Positions 59,316 to 64,000 of a stretch of DNA of 64,000 nucleotides are shown piece by piece; the first letter of the stretch is position 1; the number at the start of each line of letters is the position of its first letter. The position numbers and the translations under genes are program-made. The notes under the pieces are model-generated. The model had not been told where the DNA came from. It did no database searches and worked only from the letters and a program-made list of their open reading frames with translations. The DNA is from Opitutia bacterium. GTDB taxonomy: Bacteria; Verrucomicrobiota; Verrucomicrobiia; Opitutales; UBA953. The DNA is taken from assembly GCA_947453335.1 (NCBI GenBank), contig CANGFP010000003.1, positions 160,704 through 224,703 of the forward strand, in the 5' to 3' direction.

Positions 59316-60584
59316 TCAGAACGACAAGGTTTCCTTGCCGTACCAGCGGCGCAGGGCCTCGGGCACGCGTACCGTGCCGTCGGGCTGCAGGTTGTTCTCG
59401 AGGATCGCGGCGAGCACGCGTGGCAGGCCGAGGCCCGAACCGTTGAGCGTGTGCACGAACTCTGGCTTCCCCTCCTTCGGGCGGAACCGTATCCCCGCGC
59501 GGCGGGCCTGGAAATCCGTGAAGTTGGAGCAGCTCGAGACCTCGAGCCAGCGCTTCTGGCCGCCGGCCCAGACCTCGAGGTCGTACTGCTTGCTGTGCGA
59601 GAAGCCGATGTCGCCGGCGCAGATCAGGAGCACGCGGTACGGCAGGTCCAGCTTCTGGAGAAGACGCTCGGCGTCGCCGCGCAGGAGCTCGAGTTCGGCG
59701 AAGGACTGGTCAGGGTGGACCCACTTCACGAGCTCGACCTTGTCGAACTGGTGGAGGCGGTTGAGGCCGCGGACGTGCGCGCCCCAGCTGCCGGCTTCGC
59801 GGCGGAAGCACGGCGTGTAGCCGCAGCGCTTCACGGGCAGCGCGGCCTCGTCCAGGATCTCGTCGCGGAAGAAGTTGGTCACCGGCACCTCCGCCGTCGG
59901 GATCATGTAGAAGTCATCCGTCTGCGCGTGGTACATCTGGCCTTCCTTGTCGGGCAGCTGGCCCGTCGCGGTGGCGCTCGCGGCGTTCACGAGCAGCGGC
60001 GCGTGGACCTCGGTGTAGCCATTGGCGCCGGCTTCCTCGAGGAAGTACTGGATGAGCGCGCGCACGAGGCGGGCCATGTCGCCGACGTAGAACGGGAAGC
60101 CCGCGCCGGTGACCTTCACGCCGCGTTCGAAGTCGATCGCCTTGCTGAACCAGGCGATGTCCCAGTGCGGCTTGGCGGCGGCGGAGACGAGCTTGGCCTG
60201 GTCGCCCCACGTGGCGACGACCTGGTTGTCGGCTTCGGTGCGGCCTTCGGGCACGGAGTCGTGCGGGATGTTCGGCACGGAGAGGGCGACGGCCTTCATC
60301 TGCTCCTCGGCCTCCGAGACCTTCTTCTCGAGTTCCTTCACCTTGGCGGAAGCGGCCTTCATCTCGGCGACCTTGGCCTGGAACTCCGGCGACCCCTTCG
60401 GCATGGCGGCCATCTCCTTGTTCGCGGCGTTCTGCGCGGAACGCGCGACCTCGAACTCGGCCACCGCATGGCGGCGGGCCTCGTCGGCGGCGAGCACGGC
60501 GTCGAGGTCGACCTGGAACTTCTTCCGGGCGACGCCCTTGCGGACGAGGTCGATGTTTTCGCGAAGGAACTTGGGGTCCAGCAT
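59316..60584 (-). CDS. serS: Seryl-tRNA synthetase
   Basis: This is a 422-aa ORF. It has an N-terminal coiled-coil arm (MLDPKFLRENIDLV). Class II motifs are FRREAGS, GLNRLHQFDKVE and NGSGLGLPRVLAAILEN. Confidence 0.97.
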   Translation of the reverse strand: MLDPKFLRENIDLVRKGVARKKFQVDLDAVLAADEARRHAVAEFEVARSAQNAANKEMAAMPKGSPEFQAKVAEMKAASAKVKELEKKVSEAEEQMKAVALSVPNIPHDSVPEGRTEADNQVVATWGDQAKLVSAAAKPHWDIAWFSKAIDFERGVKVTGAGFPFYVGDMARLVRALIQYFLEEAGANGYTEVHAPLLVNAASATATGQLPDKEGQMYHAQTDDFYMIPTAEVPVTNFFRDEILDEAALPVKRCGYTPCFRREAGSWGAHVRGLNRLHQFDKVELVKWVHPDQSFAELELLRGDAERLLQKLDLPYRVLLICAGDIGFSHSKQYDLEVWAGGQKRWLEVSSCSNFTDFQARRAGIRFRPKEGKPEFVHTLNGSGLGLPRVLAAILENNLQPDGTVRVPEALRRWYGKETLSF

Positions 60585-60628
60585 GCCCCGACTTTGCCTA
60601 ATTCCCCCGCCCTAGGGCAACGGGGAAG

Positions 60629-61351
60629 TCACCGCCGCAGGTAAATTCGTCCGGCCAGATAACGGGCCAACCAGCCGGCCTGTGCCCGGTCGCCGCCGGT
60701 CCCCACCCGCAGCACGTCGCCCGACCGCAGCTTCAGGAGACAGGCGTAGGTCGTCTGATACCCGCCTTTGCGGCGACTGGTGTTCTCCTCCACCTCGGCG
60801 GAGACGACGTCGAGCCACGGCACGGACTTCGTCCAGTAAAGCCCCAGACCTCCTTTGCGGATGCGCAAGCGGCCATCCTGGCCGGATTCCACGACGACCC
60901 GACCGAAGGTCAGCATGAAAGTCAGGCCGAAGAGGAAGCAGGAACCCACGAGGAAGGGCAGTCCGAAGAGCGACATCACCCAATCGAACTTCCCGGCCTT
61001 GATCTGCGAACCATAGATGCCGCCCAGGGAACCACCGGACCAGAAGAGCATGAAGGGCCAGAGGAACAGCGCGGCCCAGCTGCGCGTGGATGACTCGACC
61101 CGGAAGCCGGTCAAGGACTCCGTGAGCCGGAGTCCCTTGGGCGGAGCAGACGAATCGGGCGGGCGTTTGGCCAAAGGCGTCGCCGCACGACAAGCCTCGA
61201 CGGTCGACGTACGCTCGCAGAGGCGGCAATAGGCGAGGTCGCCGGCGGGCGTGATCTCCGACGCCAAGATAGGCAGGCCGCACTCGGGGCAATGGATCGT
61301 CACCGGACGCAGGCTAGGTCGCGGCGGCGGGGCGGCAAAGAAAAAGCACAT
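60629..61351 (-). CDS. Zinc-ribbon membrane protein, function unknown
   Basis: This is a 240-aa ORF. The N-terminal 4-Cys ribbon is CPECG...CRLCE. It has three hydrophobic segments (WAALFLWPFMLFW, VMSLFGLPFLVGSCFLFGLTFMLTF). The C-terminal part is a beta-rich soluble region. I recognise no family. Confidence 0.6.
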   Translation of the reverse strand: MCFFFAAPPPRPSLRPVTIHCPECGLPILASEITPAGDLAYCRLCERTSTVEACRAATPLAKRPPDSSAPPKGLRLTESLTGFRVESSTRSWAALFLWPFMLFWSGGSLGGIYGSQIKAGKFDWVMSLFGLPFLVGSCFLFGLTFMLTFGRVVVESGQDGRLRIRKGGLGLYWTKSVPWLDVVSAEVEENTSRRKGGYQTTYACLLKLRSGDVLRVGTGGDRAQAGWLARYLAGRIYLRR

Positions 61352-61391
61352 CGGCGGACCGATGGGCTTCTCGAAGACGACCTCGCGGCGC

Positions 61392-61826
61392 TTAGATGCG
61401 GACCGCGGCAGGCGCGAAGACTTCTTCGGCGCGGAAGAAGCGGCGGATCTCGGCGGCGGCGGCCTCGGGGCTATCGGAAGCGTGGCAGACGTTGCGCATC
61501 ATCTCGGTGCCGAAATCGCCGCGGATCGTGCCCTTCGGGGCGACCTTGGAGTTGGTCGGACCGAGGAGTTCGCGGACGCGGGCGATGACGTTGCTGCCGC
61601 TGAGGACGGCGATGATCACCGGACGGGAAGACATGAAGGCTTCGATTTCCGGGTAGAAAGGCTTGTCGGCGACGTGCGCGTAATGCTCGCGGAGCTGGGC
61701 AGAGGATAGACGGGCCAGCTTGCAGGCTTGGACATCGAAGCCGGCGGCTTCGAAGCGGCCCAGGACGGTGCCGCAAAGACGGCGCTCCATGCAATCGGGC
61801 TTCAAGATGATGAGGGTCTGTTCCAT
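61392..61826 (-). CDS. ndk: Nucleoside-diphosphate kinase
   Basis: This is a 144-aa ORF. Matching segments are TLIILKPD, GTIRGDFG and the active-site NVCHASDS. Confidence 0.96.
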   Translation of the reverse strand: MEQTLIILKPDCMERRLCGTVLGRFEAAGFDVQACKLARLSSAQLREHYAHVADKPFYPEIEAFMSSRPVIIAVLSGSNVIARVRELLGPTNSKVAPKGTIRGDFGTEMMRNVCHASDSPEAAAAEIRRFFRAEEVFAPAAVRI

Positions 61827-61920
61827 AGCGTTACCCTCCGAGGAGAGGGTCGTTCAGTCTTCGGAGTACCCTCCCCTTTGACAAGCCAGAAAAGGCGTGA
61901 AAACCTTCAAATAACGGGGT

Positions 61921-62409
61921 TTACCCCCTATAAAGCAGGCAAATGGCGTGCACCGCGAGGCCCTTGCCCTCGCCTAGCGCATCCATGCCCTCGTTGGTGG
62001 TCGCCTTGATGCCCACCTGCGATGGCTCCACGCCGAGGATGCCCGCGACGCTGGCGCGGATGGCCGGCACATGCGCCATGATCTTAGGCCGCTCGCCGAT
62101 CAAAACCAGGTCCACATTGCCGACCTTCCAGCCCAAGGCGCCTGCCTCGGCCACGGCGCGCCGGGCGATGATCGCCGAATCCATGCCCGCCAAGGTGGCG
62201 TCGTGGTTGGGGAAATAATGGCCGATATCACGCAGCCCCGCCGCGCCCAAAATCGCGTCCGCAACCGCATGCAGCAAGACATCCGCATCGGAATGCCCAT
62301 CCGGACCCACGTCCGACGGGATTTTCACCCCACCCAAGATGCAGGGGCGACCAGCCACCAGCGGGTGGATGTCGTAACCGAGGCCGACGCGAATCTGGTT
62401 CGGGTTCAT
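61921..62409 (-). CDS. ispF: 2-C-methyl-D-erythritol 2,4-cyclodiphosphate synthase
   Basis: This is a 162-aa ORF. Matching segments are RVGLGYDIHPL, GHSDADVLLHA, DIGHYFP and KATTNEGMDALG. Confidence 0.95.
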   Translation of the reverse strand: MNPNQIRVGLGYDIHPLVAGRPCILGGVKIPSDVGPDGHSDADVLLHAVADAILGAAGLRDIGHYFPNHDATLAGMDSAIIARRAVAEAGALGWKVGNVDLVLIGERPKIMAHVPAIRASVAGILGVEPSQVGIKATTNEGMDALGEGKGLAVHAICLLYRG

Positions 62410-62509
62410 GGGCGTTATTTAGGCGAGAAAGCGGCCAAAGGAAAGACTTTGCACAAAACCCTTGAAACGCCGTCCTAGAGAAGGCATTTACAAACCAGTC
62501 AGTTCGTTA

Positions 62510-62584
62510 GGCGCGGTAGCCAAGTGGTAAGGCCGGGCTCTGCAAAAGCCCCATGCGTCGGTTCAATTCCGACCCGCGCCTCCA
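62510..62584 (+). tRNA. tRNA-Cys (anticodon GCA), with encoded CCA
   Basis: It was folded by hand. The acceptor is GGCGCGG/CCGCGCC. The anticodon stem is GGGCT/AGCCC with loop CTGCAAA. The T arm is GTCGG-TTCAATT-CCGAC. The discriminator is T, followed by CCA. Confidence 0.92.
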
Positions 62585-62592
62585 GTTTAAAC

Positions 62593-62630
62593 AAGAAGGG
62601 CGTCCCGGATCGGGACGCCCTTCTTCTTAA
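62593..62630. terminator. Bidirectional terminator between tRNA-Cys and argG
   Basis: It has a 15-bp perfect stem, AAGAAGGGCGTCCCG / CGGGACGCCCTTCTT, with a 3-nt loop. Both flanks are T-rich (CTTAA on the plus strand, GTTTAAAC on the minus strand). Confidence 0.75.
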
Positions 62631-62645
62631 GCGCTCCGGCGGACC

Positions 62646-63902
62646 TTAGCGGACCGTCTTGCTGAGGTTGGCGACGCCGTTGACCTTGGAGTTCACGCGC
62701 AGGCGCAGGCCGTTCAGGCGGATGAAGCCGGTGGCGTCGTCCTGGTTGTAGGCCTTGGTCGGATCCGCCTCCATCGTGGCGATGTGCGGGTTGTACAGCG
62801 AACGCGGGCTCTTGCGGCCGGCGACGTAGGTGTTGCCCTTGTAGAGCTTCACGCGGACGGTGCCGGTGACGTTGCGCTGCGACTCGGTGATGAGGGCCTG
62901 GAGGGCGAGGCGCTCCGGGGCGTACCAGAAACCGTTGTAGACGAGGGTCGCGTAGCGCGGGACGAGCGAGTCGCGGAGGTGCATGACCTCGCGGTCCATG
63001 GTGAGCGACTCGATCTGGCGGTGGGCGAAGTGCAGGATGGTGCCGCCCGGGGTCTCGTACACGCCGCGGCTCTTCATGCCGACGAAGCGGTTCTCGACCA
63101 TGTCGACGCGGCCGACGCCGTGGCGGCCGCCGAGCTTGTTCAGCGTGCGCATGACGCCGAGGGGATCGAGCTTCTTGCCGTTGACGGCGACGCAGTCGCC
63201 CTGGCGGAACTCGAGTTCGACGTACTCAGGCTTGTTCGGGGCGTCTTCCGGGGAGACGGAGAGCTTGAACATCGCCTTGTTGGCCGGGGCGAAGGCGTCC
63301 ATCCAAGGGTCTTCCAGGATGCCGGCTTCGTAGGAGATGTGGAGGAGGTTGCGGTCCGAGGAATAGGGCTTCTTGGCGCTGGCTTCGACGGGGATCTTGT
63401 TGTCGGCGCAATAGGCGATCATCTCGGCGCGGCCCGGGAAGTCCTTGCGGAAGGCCTCGTTGCGCCAAGGCGCGATGATCTCGAGGTCGGGGGCGAGGGC
63501 GGCGCAGGTGAGCTCGAAGCGGACCTGGTCGTTGCCCTTGCCGGTCGCGCCGTGGGCGATGGCGGTGGCGCCTTCCTTGCGGGCGATCTCGACCATGCGC
63601 TTGGCGATGAGCGGGCGCGCGATGGAGGTGCCGAGGTAGTACTGGCCTTCGTAGATGGCGCCGGCCTGCATCATCGGGAAGATGAAGTCGCGGGCGAACT
63701 CGGCCTGGAGGTCGTCGACGTACAGCTTGGAGGCGCCGGTCTTCATGGCCTTCTGCTTGAGGCCCTTGAGCTCGTCTTCCTGGCCGATGTCGGCGCAGAA
63801 CGCGATCATCTCGGCGTTGTGCTTGTCCTTGATCCAGGAAAGGAGGACGGAGGTGTCGAGGCCGCCGGAGTAGGCGAGGACGATTTTCTTCTGCTTGCTC
63901 AT
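62646..63902 (-). CDS. argG: Argininosuccinate synthase
   Basis: This is a 418-aa ORF. Matching segments are [26 protein letters not shown] and [10 protein letters not shown]. Confidence 0.97.
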   Translation of the reverse strand: MSKQKKIVLAYSGGLDTSVLLSWIKDKHNAEMIAFCADIGQEDELKGLKQKAMKTGASKLYVDDLQAEFARDFIFPMMQAGAIYEGQYYLGTSIARPLIAKRMVEIARKEGATAIAHGATGKGNDQVRFELTCAALAPDLEIIAPWRNEAFRKDFPGRAEMIAYCADNKIPVEASAKKPYSSDRNLLHISYEAGILEDPWMDAFAPANKAMFKLSVSPEDAPNKPEYVELEFRQGDCVAVNGKKLDPLGVMRTLNKLGGRHGVGRVDMVENRFVGMKSRGVYETPGGTILHFAHRQIESLTMDREVMHLRDSLVPRYATLVYNGFWYAPERLALQALITESQRNVTGTVRVKLYKGNTYVAGRKSPRSLYNPHIATMEADPTKAYNQDDATGFIRLNGLRLRVNSKVNGVANLSKTVR

Positions 63903-63922
63903 GATGTGTTGGGTAAAGGGGT

Positions 63923-64000
63923 TCAGCCGCGGTGGGCGGCGAGGTGGGCGAGGATGGCCTTCTGCACATGCAGGCGGTTCTCGGCCTGGTCGAAGATGAT
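63923..64000 (-). CDS. argF: Ornithine (or N-acetylornithine) carbamoyltransferase, C-terminal 25 codons only
   Basis: By hand translation of the edge fragment: [25 protein letters not shown]. The (V/I)[12 protein letters not shown] tail is typical of OTCase-family enzymes. Its position upstream of argG fits. Confidence 0.6.
   Translation of the reverse strand: MIFDQAENRLHVQKAILAHLAAHRG

Overview
This is a 64-kb, very GC-rich, gene-dense chromosomal segment from a diderm bacterium. The composition and the LPS/outer-membrane genes look PVC/Verrucomicrobia-like, but that taxon call is inference only. I support about 60 protein genes, 2 tRNAs (Met-CAU, Cys-GCA) and several intrinsic terminators. 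Most genes are housekeeping: pheA, scpB, ilvD, pgi, rsmI, lpxA, pdxA, gmhB, rpmF-plsX-fabH, rpe, rlmN, thrC-thrB, nadE, uvrB, mutL, coaE, ftsH, tilS, serS, ndk, ispF and argG. I saw no CRISPR array, IS element, integrase or rRNA. Most long ORF-track entries are GC3-driven shadow ORFs antisense or out of frame to the real genes. The best candidates for something new are listed here. (1) Two tandem paralogs (46372-48880) carry a TonB/TolA-type SxxxH membrane anchor but a VWA-like C-terminal domain with a DxSGSM motif. They are followed by a YbgC-type thioesterase, a GT-C-like membrane protein and ApbE. (2) An ExbB-ExbD-ExbD motor with no TonB in its operon (22379-28507) is preceded by a 1109-aa TPR protein and a second secreted helical protein. 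(3) A small secreted protein consists of three tandem CPNC repeats (12409-12723). (4) A GreA has a roughly 500-aa N-terminal extension. (5) A pilB-pilT-pilB'-pilC block encodes two assembly-type ATPases. Three genes missing from the ORF track were found by hand: rpmF and two small lipoproteins. Two edge-truncated genes were also found by hand: an MCE-family gene at the 5' edge and argF at the 3' edge.
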